DNA of 64,000 bases. It comes from Phoronis australis (taxonomy: Eukaryota; Animalia; Phoronida). The stretch covers positions 124,001 to 188,000 of the forward strand of contig NMRA01000379.1 in assembly GCA_002633005.1 (NCBI GenBank), given 5' to 3'. A model generated the notes under the pieces. That model did no database searches, had not been told where the DNA came from, and saw only the letters and a list, made by a program, of their open reading frames with translations. Made by a program: the position numbers and the translations under genes. How positions within the stretch are numbered: position 1 is the stretch's first letter; each line of letters begins with the position of its first letter. Below, piece by piece: positions 12,101-27,100 of this stretch.

Positions 12101-15100
12101 CTGGGCCCACATGTAAAATATGTGGACACATAACAAGGAGTGGTCAGTAATCCGCGAGTAACCAGGTGTTTCTAACAAGTCTGACTAGAAGGTAGAACCA
12201 TAGTAATTGTTACACCAGTCTGCTTCCACTTGGTATTGTATTGTGATTTACGCATATCACTATGACCACACCACAAAGAACACTCATGTCTGAAACATTA
12301 AGCCAAACAACTGTAGCTAACAAACTCATTCTAGTGACTTAAGTAGGTAAGCAAGGGATTACATACTCAAGCTTCAAAAACTTGAACACAATCTACCAAT
12401 GCTACTTCATTTGGGATCATTTTATTCTTCTGAAGTCGAATGAAGCTCTTAAAAAGAGATCTAAATTACATGATTCTTGTTTAATTTGAGTTCATTTTTT
12501 GATTATTACTGTCTAATCAAAACAAAATATGGAAGAGGAGAAAGTGCAAATTGTAAATAAACAACCACTGCAAGCTAGGTAGCATTGGTAAGGGTTATCA
12601 GCTGGTAGTAGAAGCGTGCAGAGAGTATTGTGTGACAAGTCAAGACAGGACAAGCGGTAATGGCGTGCTGGTGAACAAACAGTCTTACGTCTTTGCTTGT
12701 CGTTGGACTGAACAGGGTGAAGTAAAGACGCGTCAGGATAGGGCGGGAGTGGGGGAGGCTCCTCATACACCTGGTCAGCAGAGCCAGTGGTGACGGGTTT
12801 AGATTTTTGTTTTTTCTTATGTGGGGTCGGCTTGCGATTGACACGAGAGTACACCGAGTTCTCTTTGCGTTCAATCGAGCTGAACTCAGAGTCCGAGTCC
12901 GTGCCTCCTAGACCAAAGAAAAGAGAAACACCATATGACGTCAAGAACAAACTGAAATGCTGTATGACGTCGAGTACAAACTTAATTGGGTAGAGCTGCA
13001 CAGCGAGTCTAAAAAACAAAACCTGTTGACGTTAAGAGCAAGTCGTATTACACCAAATCGAGTCTATGCATGCAAAAGCTTGGAAGAAACAGACAGCACA
13101 AAACAAGTGACTCAACCTTATGTAATATACAAAATTAAACTTTTTGTTACAACAAATTCGAATATCATGGTTTACTCATTCACCAAAGCAAGGAAATGAG
13201 AAACAGAACAAGGGAGTATCCAATAATACATATTGGGTAAGTACAACACTTGTCGTTGTTAACTATCTTTATTCCATTCCATTCCATTTGTAACCTCGGA
13301 GCACAGTTCGACACTCAACAGAACACTCATAATAAAAGTAACTGACCAAGACACACCATATTTCGAAACATATTTGTTTCATTCTCAGGTGGAAATACAG
13401 TGGTGCACTAACACCAGCACAGAACAAAAGCTAGTAACATACAGAGTGGGACATGGCAGGTGTGAAATACTGCAAAGAATGACAAATGGATAGGGTAACA
13501 GGTAAGTCACGCTAACAAGTAAAGCGTGCGGCGCGACCCTGTTTGCTGCTCATTCACCAATTCTTTTGTAGACCCCAGTCGACTTATGTCCAAAATTAAT
13601 TGTGAATCCACTGCCCGTTGCACCGCTGTGTCCAAACAGAAATTTTTATAAAAATGTTATGTCCAAGTATTACTTCCATGATGAACACGCCGTTAAGAAA
13701 ATCATCGGGAATAATGCTAAATTTTGTAAGCACAAGGATTACCTCGACATCATTATATACTATCGGAATAGGTCCTCCAACTTCCTAATGAAAAGTAACA
13801 TTTCTAAAGCGAAAGTCCGCCCTGTTGTGTTGTTCATGAGTTTGTATGCCATATGAACAAACGTCTTCGTTTAAATGTCAGGCAATGTCGCATTGGTCAC
13901 ATAGTTTGCAGTCTTTCCCGTCAGTTACTTATAGATTCAGAATGGCGCCATCCTTGAACATTTTCTGCAATGTCATCAACGTAAACTCACCCATGAAAAA
14001 ATAATGAAAAACGTCAATTCAATACGTAGAACATGAAGTGCTGCGATTGAAAGTTTTGGAGTCCCTTTTGATTGCATTCGAGAAGCTGATTTGAATGAAC
14101 AGCAGTCGAGCCGCATGCTCCATTTGTTAGCGTGACTTACCCGTTACCCCCACCCATTTGTCATTCTCTGCAGTATTTCACACCTGCCATGTCCCACTCT
14201 GTATGTTACTAGCTGTTGCTCTGTGCTGGTGTTAGAGCATAATTTTATTTTCACTTCAGAATAAAACAAGTATGTTCCGAAATAACGTGGGACTCTTTTC
14301 ATCATGTCTCATGGTTCGTTACTTTACGAATGTTCTGCTGAGTGTCGAACTTTGTTCCGAGGACACAAACGGAATGGAATAAAGATAGTTAACAACGACA
14401 AGTGTTGTGTATTTAACCAATTTTGCATAACAGAAAATGTATTACACATGTATAGCAAATAACACATATAGGAACAAATTTCCCAGGCAAAGTTTGACTA
14501 ATAGTGAAGCGGATAAGGAAATTCATAGACAGCTTCGGATTTGTGAACATGTCAAGCACACCACTAACAGCACAAGACTACATTCAACGAGCAAACAAAC
14601 CTCTATCCTTGCGATGAACTGTTGATCGTATCCGATGGAACTTGCCAGGAGGCAGCGCATCTTGAACCAGTGCATAGTCGCTGTTCTCGCTATTCACAGC
14701 ATCCTGTAGGGGGGCAGTGTTCAAATTGTTATATAAAGTTTTGGTGAGTGGCCAAATGTAGGTCAATCACTGAGACACACAATTTGTTTATTTCTACCCC
14801 CAGCTAAGCAAAAGAATACTATTTGGTAAATTATTGAAACAAGAGCAACGCAAAACATTGAAATGCACCCATGACTGCAGTGAAAACAGTATATTTTTAG
14901 GGACCTCAGAGCAATTGGACCCACCGGCATCAGCTGTGCCCTTGTCAATAGAAAGACACTTGCCAATTTTCATGATCATTTGAGTAGTATGGATGATTTA
15001 TTTATTTATTTGTTTATTATTGTAATATTTACAATGAGGGTATCCCCATTTTACTAGCAATTATTTTTACTAGCGATCATTTTTACTCGCGATTTTTGCG

Positions 15101-18100
15101 TGGAGGTGAAGTTTTCCCCGTCACAATTAGGTGTGTGGCGGACAATTTGGGCATGACTTACAAGTGGCCATGCCAAAAACGAGTGTGGTTACACGCAAGG
15201 GAATCCCTGAACAAGAGCAATGCAGAGCGTTGAAATGCGCCCAAGACTGTACCACAGAAGGAGCACTTCAAGGGGTGTTTATTTGTATCATAAAAATGGC
15301 AATTACGTAGATGGCACAGAATATATTGAACCCATCCACACATTGGAAGGCATCACCATCTCTCAAAACTATTTCCATATTTCATAAAAATCAGACAAAG
15401 GTACAAAGGCAAACAAAATTGCCATCAGGAACCACAGCGGTAGGCGATAGGGGGACACAGCAGCAGTTGCATCTATCCAAATGTCATCATTGTCAACTTC
15501 ATATAAATACACTTGTCAAATTTAATAATGATCCTACAGAGGGTTTGGGAAATGCAGCCATAGGGGTGGACGCCAAAAACTGACTCGAAAACTGTAAAAA
15601 TAGCCACAATGTGGTGCTAAATAACTCAATCCAAAAATGGGAAAGTGGCATCATCCTACCATGGAAAATCCATTGAGGACCTTTGAACATACAGACGTAA
15701 ACGTACGAAACTAAAATTGTCGCTGGGGGCACATTGGTAGTCCGATCCATCCGTAAATTCATGAAAATTCGTGCAAAATTTTATGAACATAGATCAAAGG
15801 GGTTTCAGATAGAGCAGCAGACGTCAGCCGGCCAGACGGCCAGCTACATGGCCGGGGATGGACAGGGATGACTGCATAGAAATATATGGGCACATAAAAA
15901 TCCGTCAAAGAACTCGTATGCTTTAACACATTTTCATAGTTTTTTTGGTGACTTAGTGTTGCCAAAAATAGCATACTATACACATAATAAATTTCTCATA
16001 ATGCTCAACAGGGGTTTTGATGACATGCACAGCACTCTAATATTTGTTCAATTAAACTCAAATACACTGCTGTATTTGTACTTTTGTTCAAATATATTCT
16101 CATAAAAGCAAGTTGTGAATTGCATGAAGTATCCACATGGTTTACATTGTTTCTTAACAACCTGCAGCCTGTCTTACACTATGTACCAGTCATCACTCTA
16201 ACCTGCAGCCTGTCTTACACTATGTACCAGTCATCGCTCTAACCTTGACAATTTCAACTCCTTGGATACGATTCTACACCATGACATCTCAAAAAAGTGG
16301 TAAAATCTTAACCATTTCAGACAAAGAACACAATAAAATCTATCACCAACATACAACATGAGGAGCAGGTGAAATTCATTTTTTTATTTTTTCAAAAACG
16401 GTATGTAGCACCAAATCAATACTGTCATTTTGTACTGTAACTACCATCTGACCATATTTTGAACTTTGTGGGCATCTACAACGGTGCTGGAAGATGGAAA
16501 ACTTTAGAAATAAAAAAGGCAATGTTGCCAATTTAACTGTGTTCGAAATAGTTGAAATTTAACAGAAAATGAAAAAATTTGAACTTTTTTACATTTTCAA
16601 GGCTTCTCCAATTGATGTGGCCATCTCATAGATGATAATGGTATGTAACTAAGAATAATAATTTAGCATTTATTTAGTGCAACACATCTTAAATGAAACA
16701 CATGACGGAATAAAATTTCATATATCTGCCATATTGTATCCTAGATTGGTGAGATTTCATTGTAACTCCACACATGTCAGATGTCTGCCAATATATAGTT
16801 ATCTGGAGCAATGCATACTAGGCCATGCAAGCACTGTTCTCAACACAAGACATCGATCAGAAATCTTCAGGTTTGACAATCGAAAAATTCAAACGTTTCA
16901 TACAAGAATAAGTATCAACAATTCATAAGACAAGCGATTTATGTGTTTGCACAGAACTGCCCCTTCCACATAAAATGACAAGCAATGACCAGTTAACTTG
17001 GAGAGCTTGGTCTCATGAGATAACAATTTATCAGTGCTTCCGAAGCACTGGAACCACCCCTAACTTGACCAAGGATAAATTTGTGACCAATTTCATCGAG
17101 GTAAGTGGTCGACATCAACAGTTGGTTTTCGCAATCAAAGTTTATAGTCGCCTTAAATAGCAGGTGCCACATTTATTCTGTCGTTGCTCAACTCACCGCC
17201 ACAATGGCATAATGCTCAACTCACCGCCACAGTGGCATAATGCTCAACTCACCACCACAGTGTTATAATGCTCAACTCACCGCCACAGTGGCATAATGCT
17301 CAACTCACCACAACAGTGTTATAATGCTCAACTCACCGCCACAATGGCATAATGCTCAACTCACCGCCACAACGGCATAATGCTCAACTCACCGCCACAG
17401 TGGCATAATCTCCAATTTCCACAGGTTCCATTTCCGCCAATGGTGCCTGCACTGCACCTGATGACCCTTTGCGCTTGGGACTGGTGTGTTGTTGATCAAT
17501 AGCATTCTGAACCTTGCGGAAACGATCCAGATTCAATGGCTGAAAAAAGTCATCAGAGTGCACAATAACATTGAGAAATTCACAACCTGCTGGTTGGAAA
17601 ACAACTGGTCATGTCATACATGGGGTGTGTTATACCACACTAGTTACTTGTGAGTTACCGGTGAGACTGGAATGCAGAACTATTTGAGAAAGTAGCACAA
17701 TCCAAGCGTTCTCGTCGACCCCAACAGGTAAGACATTAGAAATATCTCTATTAAATGACGTTCAGCAATAATCACTTACAAGGCTCCCAGACTTTGAGAA
17801 CCATATCAATACCCGTTATCTAGAGGAGAAAATTTGTTCTCAAATGTAGAACCCTTACAGGTGACTATTACGAGATGTTCTTCGGTCATGGTCAGAGGAA
17901 AGTGCACAGGACCCATTACATTCACCTATTGTAAGTTGCTGTTACCACTCTCCTGTGTTAAAGAGTTCTTCCCAAAACACCAAAATCAGCGAGAAAATCT
18001 TCTGCAAAGGGGAAACTGGCCATTACACTTAAACATTCAGAATCAAAAGCAAACCTTTGGTAAAACAGGTGGTTTCTGTCTCTTTGGAGAGGCATTCTGT

Positions 18101-21100
18101 CTCTCATAGAGAGAGTTGATCATCCACTCCTCAGGCAGGTGGTCATCATGACTGGTGTCTGCAGAAAGACATAATGAAAGCCATGAGTCACACTGGTAAA
18201 GAGTGTTTCTGGATTACAAGTTAAAACAAACAGGACTGAACTTAAGTCTCTAGTAAGTGCACTTTAGTTGGTGAGTCAGTGCCAATGATTCAATTATTTT
18301 GTACTTTACTGCATGATATTTCACACTCACACACAGGAAATTCTTTTCATTACCTTATTGCTACAATTACACACGTAATTCACGCTCAATGTGTTTGTTA
18401 CGCCAACCAAGAGAGGGCAGCATTGTTCAAACCCATGCGTATACTTTGACTAGTAAATGCAATCACAAAATATTAAATCATAATAAACTACAACTACAGA
18501 AAATACTAAAACAATAACATAAATTAACTAAAAAGCAGGTGTCTCAGATCAAGCCACACCCAGCAGCATAATACAATCCTCTAAGTGGACAAACTCATAA
18601 TTCAAGACAAAATGCACACAAATCCATTGCGCCTTTCTTCCATGTCCCACGGGAAACACTTATATTCTCAAAACTGACTGAGTACGAGGTACAGAGCCGA
18701 TCTGAACTGGTAAAGACGTACTGGTACTAGAATTTCCATAGAACCGATAAGGTAACCGATACTTTTTGCAGCTGGTAGATTGGCAGTACTTATGAATGAA
18801 TAAGGAGCAGCAGACCTTCTTGAGGCAAAATCTTGTTTAACATGATACTAACAAAGATTTCACAATAACTACTATATCTAATCAGATGATTATGATTATT
18901 CCCCAGATTGCGTAAAAGTTGATCAGAATTATGTTCATTTGATAATCTTGAAACATTGCACCCGTTTCTTCAGCCATAGGGACAATCAAGGTGAGATGCA
19001 ACTGGTTCAACATTTTAAGAATACTGAACTCAGCTTGGTTCACAGATTTAAGTAATTAGTTACCTCTTTACCAAAGATGGATCAAATGTTTTAATAAATA
19101 ACTGTTTTAAGTAATAATTATGAAGTTGGAAATGCCAAGATGTTTGAGTAAATGTGTTTTAAAAAAAATCTGGATTCTTCAGAGATTGCCCAATTACCAC
19201 AAACATGCATTTTTTCATGTAATATACAAATTCTGTTTCTTCATTCTACATATTAGCTACAAAATACTGTCTGGGATTTTCTTTTAAGGCCTTTCAGACC
19301 GAGAACTCCAGTTAGCTGTGAAAATGTATATATAAATGTTCTGTGAAAGAAATATAGGTCCTGATTTATGAAGGCTAAGCTCCAAGGCTAAAAGACGTTA
19401 AAAAATCCCAGACAAACTTGCGTTGCTTATAGAAGTAAGAAGCAGAATTTGCAAGTTTTGTGCATAACAATTCATGTTTGTAGAAAATATTCTTGAGAAA
19501 TATCATGACTTTAAAAAAAGAAATGTGTTTACAAACATGTGGGCATTGATTTCACAGGCATGACGAGATTGCGACATCTTCAAGGAATCAAGAATTTTAA
19601 ACATAAGAGTTATCGACCTATAATCAATACTTACGAGAAATATGAAGTTCCAACTGGCAAACAAAACATCACCCCTTTCAGCTTTCACAATAAAAAATAT
19701 GATGCACCAAAGGTAATATTGTCGCATAGACCACTAAATAGACATTATCATTCTAGAGTTAGCGTTACTCTTGAGAACTAACAGACATTATCATTCTAGA
19801 GTTAGCGTTACTCTTGACAACTTTGATTCCTTGCTACACCATTCTAAATGATGAAACCCACACAAACACATCAAGCTGCACAAACCAAACCAACAAGCCA
19901 CCAGTCATTTATAACATGAAAAGTGACTAACAACTTGAAACATACATCTTACGCTCCCACGTCACAATTCTGAAATGAATAACTATCCAAGAAATTATGA
20001 GCACACCACAGTCTAGAAATAATTAGTTCGGTAACTAGTAGTTACTGTGTATATTCTAATATTCTCTCACATTTTTGCTTAAATGAGATTTTGTTGGTTT
20101 TCAGAATTAGCTGTCAGGAGTGTAAAACCAAATTTTTGACTACACTTCACTTTTCATGTAACAGACTTCAGGTTACATTCAAATGATGCAAATAGATTGA
20201 CAATCACAGATAGGATCAAATTTTGCTAAACCAAACATGTCAACCAAACATTTAATGTCTAGGCACCATTTGTAATATTCAAAACAGCCAAACCAAATAC
20301 TCTTTTACTCACAAACTAAACATGGAAAACCTGAAATGTGCCGATTGACTGGTGGCAACAAAACTATGGTAAAATTCCTCAGTCTGAGACACAATACTGT
20401 GGAATGAAGGAATTTTATTATGTCAAATTTCTCAACAAAAATAACTTTTCATGAAAATTTACTTTGTTTTTAGCACGATTTGTATGATGTAGCTATTACC
20501 AAAAAACATTTCGTAAAATTTTAAGTATTTGCAACAATGTGGTAAGCCTCTGAAAAATAGAAACATGGCAATTTTAGCAATTATCTGTGTCTCAAATTGA
20601 AGACTTGTTACTGTTGGTAATCTCAAAATTCTGTTCATCACGACAAAAGTAGGGTTCAAGGAATCGATAGAGACTACCATTCTAATATTGCTATGGAGAG
20701 GTCCAAGTTTGCACTGTTGTTGTCCAAAGTGATGACTTGACAGTTGCCAATGTTTTCTATAATCAGCTAGAGACTGTAAATCATGATATTGCAAGAGACT
20801 GTAAATCATGATATTGCAAGAGACTGTAAATCATGATATTGCAAGAGACTGTAAATCATGATATTTCAAGATTTGATGCACATCATGTGTGACTGAAAAC
20901 GGTTCAAATGCCCCTAAAAAATTCAGCACTTAATGATCAGCATATAAATATATAATTTTCACTTAATGATCAGCATATAAATATATAATTCTCACATTTC
21001 AAAGTCTACAGGTTTGCGTTTTGCCAATTTTACAAAATTTTTAATGGTAGTTTTTAAACCAATAGTAACAAACTTGATGTGCGTTCATAAATGCTGTGCA

Positions 21101-24100
21101 TGCCAAATTAATCAAACAAAACAACCTGTACTTGCCGTCATTACGACAGGACACAAGTGGTATTCACCTTTACAGTAGCTGTCCGTCAGCACTATGAATC
21201 ATCAGAAACTTACTGTGTAAGTTAGCACGGTAGAAACGCTACGCAGTAACTAGGATTTTGCAGGAACAACCAGTAGTTATTGACCATTTTGCAGGAACAA
21301 CCAGTCGTTATTGGCCATTTTCACTTTAAACCGAATTAGCCCCATGACAGGGAGACAGTATATTGTGAGTTTATAGTAACTGTACACACAATATATTGTG
21401 AGTTAATTACTGGTGGGCATAGTAAATGTAAACAGTATATTGTGGGTTTATTACTGGTGGCCATAGTAACTATACACACAGTATATTGTGGGTCTATTAC
21501 TGGGGGCCATAGTAACTGTACACACAGTATATTGTGGGTTTACTACTGTTGGGCACAATTGACCTATTGCAAGCTCCGCCCCCTTGAGGAATGTTGACAA
21601 ACAATAAATTTTACCCGGCAACGTGTTGTTTGTCGGGTAAAATGACGGCTTGCAAACGAAGGCGTCAAGAATGCTGTGTTCTGAATGGTCATTTCAACTG
21701 CCACTCAAAGTCCTGGCGATGGGGCGTATTGATGCAGGGAAACCATTTACCCTGATGAAAGTTCCAGTTTTACAGAGATTGCCAGACAATAAAACAGGCA
21801 CAGAGAAGTGTATAGATAGAGGTAGATGAAAGAATGGAGATATTAGGTGCGTTCACAATTGCTGCCATTTTTGTGAGTATACAAAACTTGCACTTTAGGG
21901 GACTACACTTTTGGTAGCATAAAAATGGCGATGTAAAAAGACATAACTCAACATTTTTTATTGCCCTTTATATTAAAAACAAGATAATAATTTGAACTCT
22001 ATGTAGGTGTATAGACAAACACAACCCCTGAAGTGTAAACCATGAACATTGTTTATGTAAACAAACCCGAGCCCATCAAAATATTGAAATACTTTGTACA
22101 CTTTGGGAAAAATTTTGTACACTAATTGAGAAAACGGCGAATTTGGGAATGGGGGGGCAAAGGATAATATGTGTTCTGCTCTACCACACTAGAGGCAGAC
22201 AACCTCATCAACTACAATGGATGATGAGCTCAATTGAGTGACATGGAGACATGCTGTGGCTGACCAACAAATGCTAGGTCACACTTAAAAATGGGCAACT
22301 TTTCTAGACACTAGTAACAAGTAACAATGACAAGTCTATCTAATGTCATGCCAGTCATGCACATGGCAATCAGAAATGCAGTAAAAAAGGCGACATGGAA
22401 CAGGCCCCTCCTGAACTAGCACAGAACCATTCACATTCTACCCACAATGCAACATGTCTCAAGGGCTTGTTCTGCTTCTTCACATGAAAATGTACAAGTC
22501 GGTATTTTGTATCCTAAATATTCAGTAATTCATCATTGTAATGCAGACTTGTAATGTTGCATTTTGAGTTGAACTGTTGACACCAAGACTTTGTCAAAAG
22601 GCCAAATATCACAAATGAATGTGAGATGTATTGTTCTTTCTTTATTAACTCATCGGTGCTTCACATTTTCAAAAGTAGGTAACTCGAGCAACACACTTTC
22701 CTATCTCCGCCAAAGAGGAAAGCTCAATCCAGGACGGGCCTACTCAAAGATGACTACAGAGAACCAGGGGGCAAAAACCAGCAAAATGCATAACTTTTAA
22801 CATTCTTCCTGCGGTAACAGTCATGAGTCCTACCAGAAGTAGCAGTTCCGAATGTTAAGATGTGACTCAATGAACAGCTGTTATGCACTACTAGCTAACG
22901 TAATCTCCAACAGAGGGCAGAAAAGACCAGTGTCCCTGCCACGACTAACGACAATTTCAGACAAATTTCCAAAGGGGTATTTTGAGACTTACTGAACAGC
23001 TTTACATTAATTTGGAAGGGAAAACAATACGTGTGGGTTGAATATCATCTGGACTGAATACCAAGCGTTTTTAAACATAAAAAACAAGTAGCTTTTTCCT
23101 AAATCAAACTGAAACCAATACGTGGAGAGAATCATATTTACACATGGTATTCAATAGTCAAGGCAGAGACAATGTAGCTTGGTGACCAGCTCTGCACAAG
23201 AGATTGCACCTAACAGTGACTCCAGTGTGAATGGTACAACTTCATCCATCATGGGGCATCAACACAGAGGCTAAACGTGTATAGAGTAAGTACCTAGGAC
23301 ATGCTAAACAACTACAAGATATTCACCACTGTCCAAGAAATGAGGATGCTTTGTTTCTGGAAATGTGGAATTAAGCCGTTCGTACTTGGGTTTGGCTCTA
23401 TGGACGGCCCATCCTTGAAAGAGGAACGGGTTAAACAAATGTTGTAGCTCAGACACCTGACTTAATAAATAAACATACATGTCCAATCACTGAGTTAATT
23501 GTGATTTAGATTTTGAGACTGAAAATGGTGAACAAACGAGCAATGAATCTAAGAAAATCATTTTAACATACACTAAAATCCCACCAATTTCGGACTATCA
23601 CCAAAAGGGATATTTAAATGGAAATGATTTTCAAATGTTGCACAATGGCAGATATGGCACAGAACTTGAAAATCACAAAGTATTAATTTCTGGGTACTAA
23701 ACACTTATGAAAAATGAGAAAATAAATGAAAGCGCTCTGAGGAGCAAAACTTGGCGAAATTAACCAAAAAACCATTTTAGACCAGAAAAGACAACGACAG
23801 AGATGATGACGAAGATGACAGCTGTGACGACGATGGTGGCGATGATGGGCAATTCAAGTTATGATATCATTCATATTACGAACATAGAGGTAAAAAATCA
23901 CTAAGAAATAGGCTAGTCTTGAGCGACACTTGGCGAAATTAACTGAAGAAAAGACGACGTCGGAGATGAAGACAAAGATGACGAATATGATGGTGGTGGT
24001 GGCGATGATGAACAACACCATAACAATCATATGACGAACTTAGATGTCATAAATCAATAAGAAATAGGCTACAGTCTACTTCAATAGAAGCTAAACCAAA

Positions 24101-27100
24101 ATCAATGAAGCAAGAGCGCTCAACAAAGGAACATCTCAAATAACTCAAAAAGTAGACGTTCTAGCGAAAAATGGAAAACATCTCATGAAAGCCCGTTCAA
24201 AACAAACTCTATCTAAATTGAAAGTATCACACAATTCCGTAAATTTTTCGAAAAAAAAATGAAATTTTGCGTTTTTTTTAAAAGAAATTCAAAGTCAAAT
24301 AACTCGAAAATGGTAAGTCTGAGAAAAAATTGTTACGGTTCATTTGAAAGAGTATACCTCAGAGAATCCACATGCAAAACTTCACATGCAAAACTTCACG
24401 TCATTTCCTCTTCCCATTAAAATGGCACCTGAACATGACTGAAAAAAAGACAACACGCACCGGATCTGCCATCTTAAGAGCAACTTCCGTTTTTTTGCAT
24501 TTGTATGATAGTATGTCACAAGAAACTAATATCTGCAAAAATTCGAAGGTATTGGCCTATAATGCGCCCTCTACAGGAGAAATTTTTTTCCCGAAATCGA
24601 GGTGCGCATGCGCGATTGCCGATATTTCCGCCATCTTAAACTGGAAGTAAACAATTTCCGGTATACTTGTAGCGCACGTCCAGTCCAATAATTGTGCCGA
24701 GTTTCAACCCTGTACGTAAAAAATTGTAGCCTCCAGAAGCATTTGAATCATAAAATGAAAACAAAATGGCAGCCACATCCGCTTTCTTGGATCCGATTAC
24801 GATGACAAACAATAGGCTTCTAGTACTTCCGAAACTACGTGTTATGTGTAAATTTTGTGATGATCGGACGAAAAATTGCTACCTGTATCGTGCGAACAAA
24901 CAAAAAAAACAAAACAAACTTGATGGAAGAGCAACATACTTGGCGAAATTTATTTCGCCAAGTAAAAATGTCACCTGTCTCCCATATGGAATACTAAATT
25001 GGCGAGATCTCAGATTAATTCTGCACTGTGATACCACTATGTAAAAGCTGATCATTTGCTGGATTTTAAAATGAGCAAGATGTTCAAAAACCTTACAATA
25101 ACTAGAATGAAATCATTACTTAAAGGTGCAATAGGCCAGCCTTATGTCACAACAATTAAATTTGCTTCATGACAATAACTATTGCGTAGCTGGTCTTACC
25201 TTCTCCTAACTTAAGGCCTGACAGTTCATTGTTGGGCTTGGTAAAACCCGACAGTTCATTGCCAGGCTTCGTACGACCCAAAAGTTCACTGCAGGGCTTG
25301 GTAAGGCCAGACGGTTCATTGCTGGGCTTGGTATGGACCAACAGCTCATTGTCGGTCTTGATAAGGTCTGACAATTCATTGTCGGGCCTAGTACTACCTG
25401 ACAGTTCATTGCTATGGTTGGTAAGGCCCAACAGTTCACTGCCGGACTTGGTAACGCCCGACAATTCATTTTCGGACTTTGTGAGACTTGACAGTTTTTT
25501 GCCACGCTTGGTAAGACCCGACAGTTCATTTACGGGCTTGCCAAGGCCCAAAAGTTCATTGCCGGAATTGGTAGTGCCCGGCAATTCATTGCCCGTCTTG
25601 GTATGACCTTATAGTTCATCGCCACGCCTGGTAAGACCTGACAATTTATTACCACACTTGGTAAGACCCGACAGTTCGTTCCCAGGTTTGGCAAGGCCTG
25701 AAAGTTCTTTGACGGACTTGGCAACGCCCGACAGTTCAATGCCGGTCCTGGTAAGAACTGACAGTTCATCTCCAGGCTTGGCAAGACCTAAAAGTTCATT
25801 GTTGTGGTTGGTAAGACCTGGCAGTTCATTGCTGGGCTCAATAATGTCCGACAGTTTATAATTATTGCCAAGTTTGGTAAGGTTACAGTTCATCGCAAGA
25901 TTTAGTAAGGCCGGACAGGGTGAGGCTTAACAGATCAATTTCGGGCTTTGTAAGACCTGACAATTCATCCCTGGATTTGGTAAGGCTTGACAGATTATTG
26001 CCGGACTTTGAAAAATCTGACACCTCATTGCTAGGCTTGGTAAGGCAAGATAGTTCATTGATGGGCTTGGTAACGCCAGACAGTTCACTGCAGGGCTTGG
26101 TAAGGCCCAACAGTTCATTGCTGGGCTTGGTAACGCCAGTCAGTTCATTGTCAGGCTTGGTAACACCAGGCAGTTCATTGTCGGGCTTGGTAACACCAGG
26201 CAGTTCATTGTCGGGCTTGGTGACACCAGACAGTTCATTGTCGGGATTGGTAATGCCCGATAGTTCACTGCTCGGCCAGACAGTTCACTGCTACTTGAGA
26301 CCATACTTAGAGCAAAAGTTCAGTCAACTTCAATCTACAAATGGTCGGTTGTTATCAAAGGCCCAGAGTAAGGAACACGTGGAGACCAGGGTCTGTTAAA
26401 TGAAAAGTGACTAAAGACTTAAGTGAGCAATATACACAAAACTGCTAGTTACTGAGATAACTTGTACAAATTATTACTTGGCAGTTGCGTGCTTATTTGA
26501 TAATGGTGAACTGTCTTTATGTCATGTAGGACCTTATGAATAATTCTGTGTATTTAGACAAATAACAAAACTATAATTTTTTTAAAGTAAAAGAACACAT
26601 TTTCTGAAAGTGAAAAGCCTGTAGTTTGATTTTTGACTTTTTACCATTCCACTGGTACTTGGGTCATGCAACATTGATTCTGTTGTGAAATTTAGCAAAG
26701 AAAGAAAGGTACATTGATAGCAAAACAATGGTATCAACAACATCGCCAAATTTTATTTAACAAAAATATTTACGATGAAATCTCAAAAACTCAGTTACCT
26801 AAAATATTGTTTCCTTTTTACTTCATTTGACTTTTTAGTTTGATTTACGAAAATCCGAAAAAGTCCTAGAAAGTGCTTTTGACAAAAACAATTCCTATTT
26901 ATGTATTGGAACATATTCGTTAAGCGGTGTATCTGAAAGTTTTATATGGATCCAATCAGCCACTTCCTTAGATACAATATTCCAAAACTGGCCAAATCAG
27001 GACATTTTTTAGCATCCTACATAATCTTAGGTCTTATGTCAACTCAGTATCGTAATGATGAGTGGTGTAAATGACAGAAGGAAGGATTATAGTTATAGAG

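Noticed and set aside
17925-18002. Extra exon after the acceptor-like CCCCTTTGCAG
   Set aside because: Stops occur in all three frames before the next donor.
21557-22160. Possible Harbinger/ISL2EU-like relic with a THAP-like start
   Set aside because: No convincing matching right TIR and the peptide is too decayed to call.
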